From positions 21,330 to 85,329 of the forward strand of contig CANPZO010000004.1 of assembly GCA_947589005.1 (NCBI GenBank): DNA of 64,000 bases, given 5' to 3'. The notes beneath the pieces are model-generated. The model saw only the letters and a program-made list of their open reading frames with translations, was not told the origin of the DNA and made no database searches. Numbering within the stretch: position 1 is the stretch's first letter; each line of letters starts with the position of its first letter. The translations under genes and the position numbers were made by a program. Shown here in pieces: positions 9,601-18,502 of this stretch. Source of the stretch: an uncultured Clostridia bacterium (GTDB lineage: Bacteria; Bacillota; Clostridia; UMGS1883).

Positions 9601-10235
9601 CTTTTGTCGTCGGTTACAAAGTCATTGGTGCGTTTGGCGGAGCCGTAGTTCTCGGAAAGGAGAGCGTAGCCCTCCAACAGAAGAGCCCTTTCCTCCTCCG
9701 GAAAAAAGCCCCGGAACTCATCGGCCCGCTTCCGATAGTGGGCCGCAAGCTCACCGCCCCGGCTCTCCTCAAGGGCGGAGCTGAACATTTCCACCGCCTG
9801 ACGCAGGGCCTCCGAGGAAATATCCCTGACCGACGCCTCGGCCCCAACCGAAAAATCCGGAGCCAGGCCGGGCACGCGGAAGAAGTTTTGCTTTAAAAGC
9901 CGGAAACAGAAGGAATCTATTGTGCATATGTCGGCCCCGCCCAGCAGGGAGAGCTGACGTTCCAGATTTTTCCGGCGCTTTTGGTCGGTTTCTTTTTTGA
10001 GCCCGTCGGTTATGTAACGGTTTATGCGCGAACGCATCTCCGCCGCCGCCGCTCTGGTAAAGGTGACTATCAGCAGACGGTTCACATCCACGGGGTCGTC
10101 ACCGGAGATGCGCCTAAGTACCCTGGCCCCGAGGACCTGAGTCTTGCCGCTGCCCGCCGCCGCGCTGACGGTTATGTTTTTCGGCGGCTCGTTGACCGCC
10201 GCCCGCTGCTGTTCGTTAAGCTGCATTTTTGTCAC
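6639..10235 (-). CDS. addA: AddA/RexA-like ATP-dependent helicase-nuclease: UvrD-family helicase with a C-terminal PD-(D/E)XK nuclease
   Basis: Walker A motif VSAAAGSGKTQVL and UvrD/PcrA helicase motifs throughout. The C-terminus GIIDCFFEEDDRVVLVDYKTD matches the RecB/AddA nuclease motif. Length is 1198 aa. No addB gene is adjacent. Confidence 0.7.
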   Translation of the reverse strand: MTKMQLNEQQRAAVNEPPKNITVSAAAGSGKTQVLGARVLRRISGDDPVDVNRLLIVTFTRAAAAEMRSRINRYITDGLKKETDQKRRKNLERQLSLLGGADICTIDSFCFRLLKQNFFRVPGLAPDFSVGAEASVRDISSEALRQAVEMFSSALEESRGGELAAHYRKRADEFRGFFPEEERALLLEGYALLSENYGSAKRTNDFVTDDKSRRGEDYIEFVRGVKRVLSSVADPEKWLRDRAADYDTSVPFDRTALGRYAAERAAGLVEDISKKLSDELKGGLNPNNAATFSSTLGNIGALPKPRTYTEAAELFSRPFPSGGRVQSKDTKNVRGDPGAAKVMDDAKSIWKKAAALYAAPTEKIEIFRERFRPAALALLGLTRLTLSLEREKMLEKKRLSFSACVGLALELLTEENSETAAELREYYDEIYVDEAQDIDPRQLAIFEAISRNNLFMVGDVKQSIYGFRQAEPEIFGSRCRDGGDSRLVSMNVNYRSSGAVIGAVNQVFGRLMNDGTMGLDYADHRMERGESWLPEPTRAEFLAVVDEEKSHLTYKAEAEAQAVADRIIELIDSRRPVYDGEAGDRRPIRYRDIMVLFRANRDGPVLERILSENGIPCYLDGGRGLYLREEITAVADVLRLIDDPFRDMPLTATLRGLMFGFGDNDLLRIRSVSANHEFSRVFAVLCDPEATRHGEYAARLNDGELLGRCMDVGALLKKWRLMAAFRPVTDVIEAIINDTGYYASVGALPSGAARRANLELLIDAAAEFEAGGSRGLYSFINHIERQELSGGGEQTEAKTLSDAMDVVRLMTVHKSKGLEAPAVFLFRCPAPFGGGRGVLALSRELGFSADYINEEKGYRYKSPLSPLIELESRGRERAEEIRLLYVAMTRAREILVCTGYFPNQTALDRALAFKSELTLGDVTFLADSYAKLLGASITDGRFWRMETVAAADVTGPRPSRLMPSAPAFSEDVLETAGGLLGFNYEFSRASELPAKVSVSALKAGDYDEDAPPAELISPPARRLKTPAFLDGEERVSGAELGTAYHTVMESLDLDAPVTPQIDMLEKSGIISPALRKLIRDERITALLDGPLGRRMRSARRLWREAPFMISVPAEEALGPGVPSGERVAVQGIIDCFFEEDDRVVLVDYKTDSYTAPSEIAEKYKAQLNYYEKALKMKFSDKKIQKYLYLFHKGDIIEV

Positions 10236-10286
10236 CTCTTTTTATCGGCCGTAAATCGGCAATGGCCCGTCGCGCCTGACGTCAAC

Positions 10287-10312
10287 TGTAAAAGTCCGGG
10301 AGGACCCGGACT
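10287..10312 (-). terminator. Hairpin terminator between ftsZ and the helicase gene
   Basis: agtccggg-agga-cccggact perfect stem with T-runs on both sides. Confidence 0.55.
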
Positions 10313-10334
10313 TTTATTTATGTACTTATTATGC

Positions 10335-11393
<1,059 letters not shown>

Positions 11394-11508
11394 TGGAAAT
11401 TCCTCCTCAGACGTATTTTTTCCGCACACGCTTTTAAATATATATTATTATACTATAAAAGTAAAATATATTCAATAGAAAATTTTAAATTTTCTATAAA
11501 TTTTTTTA

Positions 11509-12423
11509 TTATTTTTTTGGATTGTATGTGTGACGCTGCAAATCGACGGTACCGGTCAGGTTGCCGCCCAAATATTCTACGATTTTTTGGAAAAGCTTCA
11601 TTTTATATTCCAATTCTTCAACGGTGCCCAGACGCACGTCCAGCGTCCCGCGGTAAACCATGGTAACATTGTCATATACCGACATATCAACCTCGGTGAA
11701 GTCACGGTCCGCGCTGAGGAACTTGTCCATCAGCTCCATCAGTTTCGAGGCCCTTTTTTCGTCCTCGAACTTGACGGTATCTCCCACGGAGTATGTCATT
11801 TCTCCCATGCCGTACACCACGGTGATGGCGTTTTCGGAGGTCTGCGGCTCCGGGGCCTCGGCGGAGGGCTCCTCCGCGTCCCCGTCCGCGCCGCCGTCCT
11901 CATCTTCATTTTCCTCTCCGCCGCCGTCACCGGCGTCGGGAGGAGCTTCCTCCTTCGGCGAGGTTATCCCCAACGAAGCGGCCGATATTACCCCCGTCAC
12001 CTTACCGGCGGCGGTAATGCCCACCAGACTGCCGTTGTTCTCGACATACACCAAAGGCACGCTCTCGGTAACGGTTATTCTTATGGTGGTGGGCAGTCTG
12101 CGCTTTACCTTGACCGTATCTATGCCGCCGAGCCGACTTAGCCTGTCGCGCACGGACCGGAGGCTGACGCTGAAAATGTTGCTGCCGGGAGTTATGCCGC
12201 TGGCCTTCACTATTTCTTCGGTCGAGACGACGGTGTTGCCGTCCACGCTCACCGTTTTAACGTCAAATATGGGCGTAAGCAGCAGCGCCAGACAGCAGGC
12301 GGCTATTATACACAGCATGGATATGCCTATGGACGCTTTTTTGCCCAGTCTCGGCCCCCGCCGTTTTTTGCGCCGCGGCCTAAGTCTATCCTCGCCGTTT
12401 TTTTCAATTTTCACGGCCCTCAT
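11509..12423 (-). CDS. ftsQ: Cell division protein FtsQ/DivIB (POTRA domain)
   Basis: Basic N-terminus, one transmembrane helix, and a POTRA-like region (VKTVSVDGNTVVSTEEI...). Its position between murA and ftsZ fits the dcw cluster. The C-terminus is an acidic low-complexity insert. Confidence 0.75.
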   Translation of the reverse strand: MRAVKIEKNGEDRLRPRRKKRRGPRLGKKASIGISMLCIIAACCLALLLTPIFDVKTVSVDGNTVVSTEEIVKASGITPGSNIFSVSLRSVRDRLSRLGGIDTVKVKRRLPTTIRITVTESVPLVYVENNGSLVGITAAGKVTGVISAASLGITSPKEEAPPDAGDGGGEENEDEDGGADGDAEEPSAEAPEPQTSENAITVVYGMGEMTYSVGDTVKFEDEKRASKLMELMDKFLSADRDFTEVDMSVYDNVTMVYRGTLDVRLGTVEELEYKMKLFQKIVEYLGGNLTGTVDLQRHTYNPKK

Positions 12424-13673
12424 CCTTTCGTAGGTACGGTTTCTATCCTCGCCCCGGCCTGACGGAGTTCCCCCGCCAGGTCACGGTAGCCCCGGGCAAT
12501 ATATTCAATCCCGCTCACGCGGCTTTCGCCTTCGGCGCCGAGAGCGGCCACTACCAGCGCCGCTCCGCCCCGAAGGTCGGCCGCCCTCAGCTCCGCGCCG
12601 TGGAGATTGCCTCCCCTGACCACGGCCTCGCGGCCGGAGATACGTATGTCGGCGCCCATGCGCCGCAGCTCCGGGACGATGTTAAATCTGCTTTCGAAAA
12701 TGTTTTCTATCATAACCGAGGGGCCCGGCCCGCATGCCATCACCGCCATGACCTGAGACTGGCAGTCGGTGGGGAAGCCCGGATATACCCCTGTGCGGAC
12801 GGTGCCGCAGGGCACGATAAGTCCGGGCGCACGGACGGTGACCCTGTCCGGAGCCCAGCTTATTTCCCCTCCGCAGCGACTCAAAACGGCGGCGGTCTCC
12901 TCAAGGTGGGGACGGACGGCGTTCTCTATCTCCAGCCGCCCTCCGGCGGTCATTACCGCGCACATATATGTGGCGGCCACTATCCGGTCGGGCATGACGG
13001 TATACTCGCAGCCGTCAAGACGCTCCACGCCCTCTATTCGTATCATGTCCCCGCCCTCGCCGCGTATTTTTGCGCCCATGGCGCGGAGAAAACGGCACAG
13101 GTCGCCTATCTCGGGCTCTCGGGCGGCGTTGTTGAGGACGGTGATGCCGGGCGCGGTAACCGCGGCCAGTATCACGTTTTCGGTGGCGCCGACGCTCGGG
13201 AAGTCCAGATACACGTCGGCGGCCTTGGGCCAGCCTTTGGCGTATATCATTCCTCCGGCAGTCTCCACCTTCACTCCCATGGTCCGGAGGGCCCGAACAT
13301 GGATATCTATCGGCCGCCGTCCCAGGCGGCAGCCGCCCGGCATGGGGAGCTCGGCCTCGCCGAAACGCCCCAGCAGCGCGCCCAGAAAGTTCACCGAGCT
13401 GCGCATATCCCCGCCGCCGGCGGCCACCGGACGGGAGCACACTCCGGCGGGGTTGATGATGATTTCGTCGCCGTCGAAGGCCGTTTTGCAGCCCAGACGG
13501 TCAAGAATATCCAAAGTATAGCTGACGTCGCTGAGGCGGGGACAGTTTTTCAGCAGTACGACCCCGCCGCTCAGAACGCTGCCTGCAAGTATGGGCAGGA
13601 CGGCGTTTTTCGCGCCGTACACCTTCAATTTTCCGTCAAGGGGATGTTTGCCGAAAACTATGTAGTCCTCCAT
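12420..13673 (-). CDS. murA: UDP-N-acetylglucosamine 1-carboxyvinyltransferase MurA
   Basis: The EPSP-synthase-fold MurA signature (KLKVYGAKNAVLPILAGSVL..) is present. GGAGGTG precedes the ATG at 13673. Confidence 0.9.
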   Translation of the reverse strand: MEDYIVFGKHPLDGKLKVYGAKNAVLPILAGSVLSGGVVLLKNCPRLSDVSYTLDILDRLGCKTAFDGDEIIINPAGVCSRPVAAGGGDMRSSVNFLGALLGRFGEAELPMPGGCRLGRRPIDIHVRALRTMGVKVETAGGMIYAKGWPKAADVYLDFPSVGATENVILAAVTAPGITVLNNAAREPEIGDLCRFLRAMGAKIRGEGGDMIRIEGVERLDGCEYTVMPDRIVAATYMCAVMTAGGRLEIENAVRPHLEETAAVLSRCGGEISWAPDRVTVRAPGLIVPCGTVRTGVYPGFPTDCQSQVMAVMACGPGPSVMIENIFESRFNIVPELRRMGADIRISGREAVVRGGNLHGAELRAADLRGGAALVVAALGAEGESRVSGIEYIARGYRDLAGELRQAGARIETVPTKG

Positions 13674-13785
13674 CCCTGCACCTCCAAGCACACTAACTAT
13701 ATTTTATAGTATGTGTGCTTGGGGGAATTTGTTCAATAAGGGCAGAAAGCACGGGGCGCTCGCGGGAAAGCCGGGCCGCCCTGTC

Positions 13786-14880
13786 TCACTTATTGCCAAT
13801 CAGCTTGCGCAGCTCCCTGTAAATCGTCTCCCCGCCGTCGGATATGCCTATCTTTTTGCTGGCGAGGCGCATTTTTTCCAGACTGTCGGGGCTGCCGACG
13901 CCGTCCTCTATCGCCTTTCGGAGGGCGGCACCGCTGAGCTCGTTCTCAAGCAGCACCTTCGCCGCGCCGTTTTTTTCCAGATATCGGGCGTTGTACTCCT
14001 GATGGTTGTGGGCCACGTAGGGGCTTGGCACCAGCACGGCGGCCTTGCCTAGGGCGCACAGCTCGCTGACGGTTATGGCGCCCGCCCGGGAAATTACAAG
14101 GTCCGACATTGCGAACATTTCCTTCATGTTATAAATATATGGGAATATTTTCACATTTGGCCCAAGCTTCACGTCCTTGACGGACTCCATGAAGCCCTCA
14201 TAGTGCTTTTCTCCGGTGGCGGCCACCAGATTGAAGCTCACCGGTCCGGAGCGCAGCATATCGGCCAAAGCGTCGTTCATCCGCTCGGCGCCCAGGCTGC
14301 CGCCGAACATCAGCGCCACCGGTCCCTCGGGCAGACCCAGCTCACGCCGGACGCCGGCGGCGTCCACCGGGTCAAAAAGGTCGGGACGCAGGGGATTGCC
14401 GGTAAGAACCATGTTTTTCGCCTTCATCATGCTCCTTGTCTCGTCAAAGCTTATGGCGGTGACGTCGGCCTTTTCGGCCAGCATTTTTATGGCCAGACCG
14501 GGGAAAACATTCTGCTCGTGAATGAGGGTGGGTATCTTACGCTTAAAGGCGGCCTTTATCACCGGAGCGCACACATAGCCGCCGGTGCCGGCCACCGCGT
14601 CGGGCTTGAACTCGTCGATTATTTTTCCCGCGTCGCGAATGGAGGTGAAATAGTTCACGGCAACCTTAATGTTCTCGAGGGTCAGTCTGCGTCTCAGGCC
14701 CATGACCTCCACCGATTTTATCGGGAAGCCCTCCTTGGGCACAAGACGCTGCTCCATGCCGTTGGGCGTGCCCACAAAAAGTATCTCGCTGTCGGGCTCG
14801 TGGGCACGGACGGTTTTGGCAATCGCCACCGCCGGATTGATATGACCGGCGGTGCCTCCGCCGGAAAGCAACAGTCTCAT
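13786..14880 (-). CDS. murG: MurG (UDP-GlcNAc:lipid I GlcNAc transferase)
   Basis: N-terminus LLSGGGTAGHINPAVAIA and GT28 family motifs. Confidence 0.9.
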   Translation of the reverse strand: MRLLLSGGGTAGHINPAVAIAKTVRAHEPDSEILFVGTPNGMEQRLVPKEGFPIKSVEVMGLRRRLTLENIKVAVNYFTSIRDAGKIIDEFKPDAVAGTGGYVCAPVIKAAFKRKIPTLIHEQNVFPGLAIKMLAEKADVTAISFDETRSMMKAKNMVLTGNPLRPDLFDPVDAAGVRRELGLPEGPVALMFGGSLGAERMNDALADMLRSGPVSFNLVAATGEKHYEGFMESVKDVKLGPNVKIFPYIYNMKEMFAMSDLVISRAGAITVSELCALGKAAVLVPSPYVAHNHQEYNARYLEKNGAAKVLLENELSGAALRKAIEDGVGSPDSLEKMRLASKKIGISDGGETIYRELRKLIGNK

Positions 14881-14931
14881 ACTAACGCCACCTTTGATGA
14901 GGAGTAATTTTGTCGAATATAAAAGGCCGGT

Positions 14932-16086
14932 TTATATCTTGTTCTGCGTGCTGTAGCGCGAAATGTTCATAAGTATCCCCAGTCCGGCCAGCATGATTAT
15001 CATCGAGGTGCCGCCGGAGCTGAAAAAGGGGAGCTGCATACCGGTGGAGGGCAGTACGGAAAGCACCACGCCCACGTTTACTATCACCTGAAGGGCCACA
15101 ATGGAAACTATGCCGAAGCCCAGAAGGGTGCCGAAATTGTCCTTCGCGGCAAAGGATATCTGAATTCCGCGGAATATCAGCAGGGCAAACAGGGCCAGCA
15201 CTATCACTCCGCCCACAAAGCCCAGCTCCTCGCACACAATGGCGTAAATATAGTCGTTCTGCGCCTCGGGGAGATAGTCGTATTTCTGCCGCGACTGGCC
15301 GAAGCCAAGGCCAAGCAGTCCGCCGCTGCCAACGGCGTAAAGGGAGTTTACTATCTGCCAGCCGTCGCCTCTGGTGTCGGAAAACGGGTCAAGGAAAATC
15401 AGCAGGCGGCGGAGACGGTAAGGCTCCAGAAAGGCCAGCAGGCCGATGCCGACCGCGCCAACTCCCCCAAGACCAGCCAGCCAGCCCCAGGGCAGACCCG
15501 CCGCCACCAGCATTACGAAGCCCACCGCCACGATGAGCACCAGCGCCGACAGGTGGCTTTGGAGCACGCAGGCCAGGGCCACAAGACCCAGTATTATGGC
15601 AAATCTCATCACGTTCCGCCAGTTTTTGAGGTCGCTGTGCCTCTTGCTGGACAGCAGAGAGGCAAAGTATATGACCAGCACGAACTTGCAGACCTCCGAG
15701 GGCTGGAAGCTTATGCCGCCCAGCGATATCTGACGGGTAGCTCCGTGGGAAGCGAAGCCGATGATAGGCACCACGTACATGACGACCATGGTCGCCCAGA
15801 ACAGCGGAGCCGAAATTTTCTTATAAAAATGGTAGTCTATACGCGAGGTCACAAACATTGCCGCCAGACCCAGGGCCGCGAAGCCCAGCTGACGGAGGAT
15901 TATGGAGTATATATTCTCACGGCTGGTATTCTGGCTGGCCGAAAACAGCATTACAAGGCCGAAGCACAGCAGCCCGAAGACCAGCATGAACAGCATGAAA
16001 TCCACTCTTTCGTTTCGTTTGGGCCGGGTAACGATGCCGGACAAAAGCTTTGCTTCGGCAGTTTTTTTATTCCTCGTCCCTCTCAT
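14932..16086 (-). CDS. ftsW: SEDS-family peptidoglycan glycosyltransferase FtsW/SpoVE
   Basis: A 10-TM SEDS protein. Its position between mraY and murG is conserved in dcw clusters. Confidence 0.8.
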   Translation of the reverse strand: MRGTRNKKTAEAKLLSGIVTRPKRNERVDFMLFMLVFGLLCFGLVMLFSASQNTSRENIYSIILRQLGFAALGLAAMFVTSRIDYHFYKKISAPLFWATMVVMYVVPIIGFASHGATRQISLGGISFQPSEVCKFVLVIYFASLLSSKRHSDLKNWRNVMRFAIILGLVALACVLQSHLSALVLIVAVGFVMLVAAGLPWGWLAGLGGVGAVGIGLLAFLEPYRLRRLLIFLDPFSDTRGDGWQIVNSLYAVGSGGLLGLGFGQSRQKYDYLPEAQNDYIYAIVCEELGFVGGVIVLALFALLIFRGIQISFAAKDNFGTLLGFGIVSIVALQVIVNVGVVLSVLPSTGMQLPFFSSGGTSMIIMLAGLGILMNISRYSTQNKI

Positions 16087-16099
16087 TGGGATTCCTCCT

Positions 16100-17050
16100 C
16101 TACAGTCCCAGATAGGACAGGATACACAGAGCGGCCGTCGCCGCGGAAAATACGAACACTATTTTTGTCTCGCTCCAGCCGCACATTTCAAAATGGTGAT
16201 GTACGGGGGTCATCTTAAACACACGCTTGCCGGTGGTTTTGAAGGATATTACCTGGATTATTACGCTCAGAGTCTCGAACAGGAACACAAAGCCGCTTAT
16301 TATGAGGAAAAGCTCCAGTCCGGCGGCCGCCGCCGCACAGCCGAGGGCGCCGCCCAGGAACAGGCTGCCGGTATCGCCCATAAAAATTTTCGCGGGGTAA
16401 AAATTGTAAATGAGGAAGCCGAGGCAGGCTCCTACCACCGCCATCATCACCGCCGCGCAGTCCGCCTCGCCCCTCTGGGCGCAGGCCACGGCAAAAAACA
16501 GGGCCGCCACTGTGGTCACCGACGCCGCCAAGCCGTCCAGACCGTCGGTAAGGTTGACACTGTTGGTGGTGGCGAGGAGCACCAGCATTACGAAAGGAAT
16601 GTAGAACACGCCCAAATCAAGCTCTGCGCCGACAAAGGGCACGAGGGTCGCGCTCCGCCTTTCCACAAAGTAAACGTACAGTGCGAAGATAAGGCTCACC
16701 AGCGCCTGACAGGAAAACTTCTGCAAAGGCGTAAAGCCCTGATTGTGCTTTTTTACCACCTTGATATAGTCATCCACAAAGCCGATAAGCCCGAACAGCA
16801 TCGCTCCCGCTGTCACCGCGAGGCCCCTTACGCTGCCGGCACAGATGACTGCGCCCAGTCCCACGGCCAAAAGCATTGCTATGCCGCCCATGGTGGGTGT
16901 GCCCTGCTTTTTGGCGTGCCAGGAGGGTCCGTCCTCCAATATGCTCTGCCCGAATTTAAGTCTGCGCAGAAAGGGTATCAGCAGCGGCACAACCGCCGCC
17001 GTCACCGCAAGACCTATGGCTCCGGCAATCAAAACCATGGTTTCCATCAT
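16100..17050 (-). CDS. mraY: Phospho-N-acetylmuramoyl-pentapeptide transferase MraY
   Basis: Polytopic membrane protein carrying MraY-family motifs (DD.DGLAAS.., VNLTDGLDGLA). Confidence 0.9.
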   Translation of the reverse strand: MMETMVLIAGAIGLAVTAAVVPLLIPFLRRLKFGQSILEDGPSWHAKKQGTPTMGGIAMLLAVGLGAVICAGSVRGLAVTAGAMLFGLIGFVDDYIKVVKKHNQGFTPLQKFSCQALVSLIFALYVYFVERRSATLVPFVGAELDLGVFYIPFVMLVLLATTNSVNLTDGLDGLAASVTTVAALFFAVACAQRGEADCAAVMMAVVGACLGFLIYNFYPAKIFMGDTGSLFLGGALGCAAAAAGLELFLIISGFVFLFETLSVIIQVISFKTTGKRVFKMTPVHHHFEMCGWSETKIVFVFSAATAALCILSYLGL

Positions 17051-17062
17051 CTGTGCCCCCTG

Positions 17063-18475
17063 TTATTTCAGATTTTTCTCGTCCTCTATCTCGCGGACCA
17101 GCTCCCGTTCGTCCATGTGGAGCTTTTTTGTGCCGACTATCTGGTATGTCTCGTGGCCCTTGCCCGCCAGAAGGACTATGTCTCCCTCGTTGGCGGCCTC
17201 GAGAGCCGTCTTTATGGCCTCACGCCGGTCTTTCACGGCGATATGCTCTCCCCTTACCCCCTTCAGCACGTCGGCGATGATGGCCGAGGGGTCCTCGGTG
17301 CGGGGGTTGTCGCTGGTCACGACGCAAAGGTCCGACAGAGACGAGGCTATCTCCCCCATAATGGGGCGCTTGGTCCTATCCCTGTCCCCGCCGCAGCCGA
17401 AAACCGTGATTATCCGCCCGGGGGCAAATTCCCGCAGGGCGGTAAGCACCTTTTCGAGGCCGTCGGGGGTGTGGGCGTAGTCTATGTACACCCTGTATTT
17501 TCCTCTCGTGGGCACAAGCTCCATCCGTCCCGGCACGCTCCGGAACAGGCTCATGCCTCTTAAAACGCTTTTTTCCGGTATGTTCAGGCCAAGCGCGGCG
17601 CAGATGGCCGCAAGGCCGTTATATACGCTGAACCTTCCTCCCGGCGGCAGCTCCACCCGTCCTATGGGGCAGGTAAAGCTCACTCCCTCGGGAGAGCACA
17701 CTATGTTTTCCGCCCGGAAGTCGCCGCCGTCCACGCCGTAGGTCACGGCTCCGTCCGCCCGGCCGAGAAAATACCCCGCCCGAGGGTCGTCGGCGTTTAT
17801 CACCGAAAGGCGGCTGTTTTCCATGAGCAGTCCCTTGGCGGCGGCGTAATTGTCCATCGTGCCGTGAAAGTCCAGATGGTCGCGGGTCAGGTTGGTAAAC
17901 ACGCCCACGTCGAAGCTCAGGCCGTAGACCCTGTCCTCGGCCAAAGCGTGGCTGGACACCTCCATGGCGCAGACCCTGTCGCCGCTGTCCGCCATTTCCC
18001 GAAGCAGGGCGTGCAGCTCCTCGGGGCCGGGAGTAGTGCGTTCGGCGGGGGACCTGTGCCCTCCGGCGATGGTCTCCACCGTGCCTATAAGTCCGCAGCC
18101 CAGTCCCGCCGCCACAGCGACGGAGCGCACCATGTTGGCGACGGTGGTCTTGCCGTTGGTGCCGGTAACCCCGCAGAGCCTGAGCTCCCGTCCGGGGAAG
18201 CCGTAAAAGGCCGCCGACGCCAGAGCATAGCTCCGGCGGGAATTTTCGACTCTAAAATAATTTTCCAGCGGCAGCTCTCTCTCGCCTATGACCGCCGCGG
18301 CCCCCGTTTCAAGGGCCTTGGCGGCGAAGCCGTGGCCGTCGGTCAGGCTGCCCTCAAGGGCGAAAAACACGCTGCCGTCCTTTACCTTATCTGTGGAGCA
18401 GGTCACGCCGGCGACCTCACGGTCGGGGAGGCCGGCTTTTATCTTAAGAATTCCGAATAACTCAGAAAGTCTCAA
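17063..18475 (-). CDS. murE: UDP-MurNAc-L-Ala-D-Glu:meso-DAP/L-Lys ligase MurE
   Basis: Mur-ligase P-loop GVTGTNGKTT and the MurE-specific DNPR motif near the C-terminus (VTSDNPRTEDP). Confidence 0.85.
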   Translation of the reverse strand: MRLSELFGILKIKAGLPDREVAGVTCSTDKVKDGSVFFALEGSLTDGHGFAAKALETGAAAVIGERELPLENYFRVENSRRSYALASAAFYGFPGRELRLCGVTGTNGKTTVANMVRSVAVAAGLGCGLIGTVETIAGGHRSPAERTTPGPEELHALLREMADSGDRVCAMEVSSHALAEDRVYGLSFDVGVFTNLTRDHLDFHGTMDNYAAAKGLLMENSRLSVINADDPRAGYFLGRADGAVTYGVDGGDFRAENIVCSPEGVSFTCPIGRVELPPGGRFSVYNGLAAICAALGLNIPEKSVLRGMSLFRSVPGRMELVPTRGKYRVYIDYAHTPDGLEKVLTALREFAPGRIITVFGCGGDRDRTKRPIMGEIASSLSDLCVVTSDNPRTEDPSAIIADVLKGVRGEHIAVKDRREAIKTALEAANEGDIVLLAGKGHETYQIVGTKKLHMDERELVREIEDEKNLK

Positions 18476-18502
18476 GCTCTTACTCCTTTTTATTAAGAAA
18501 CG

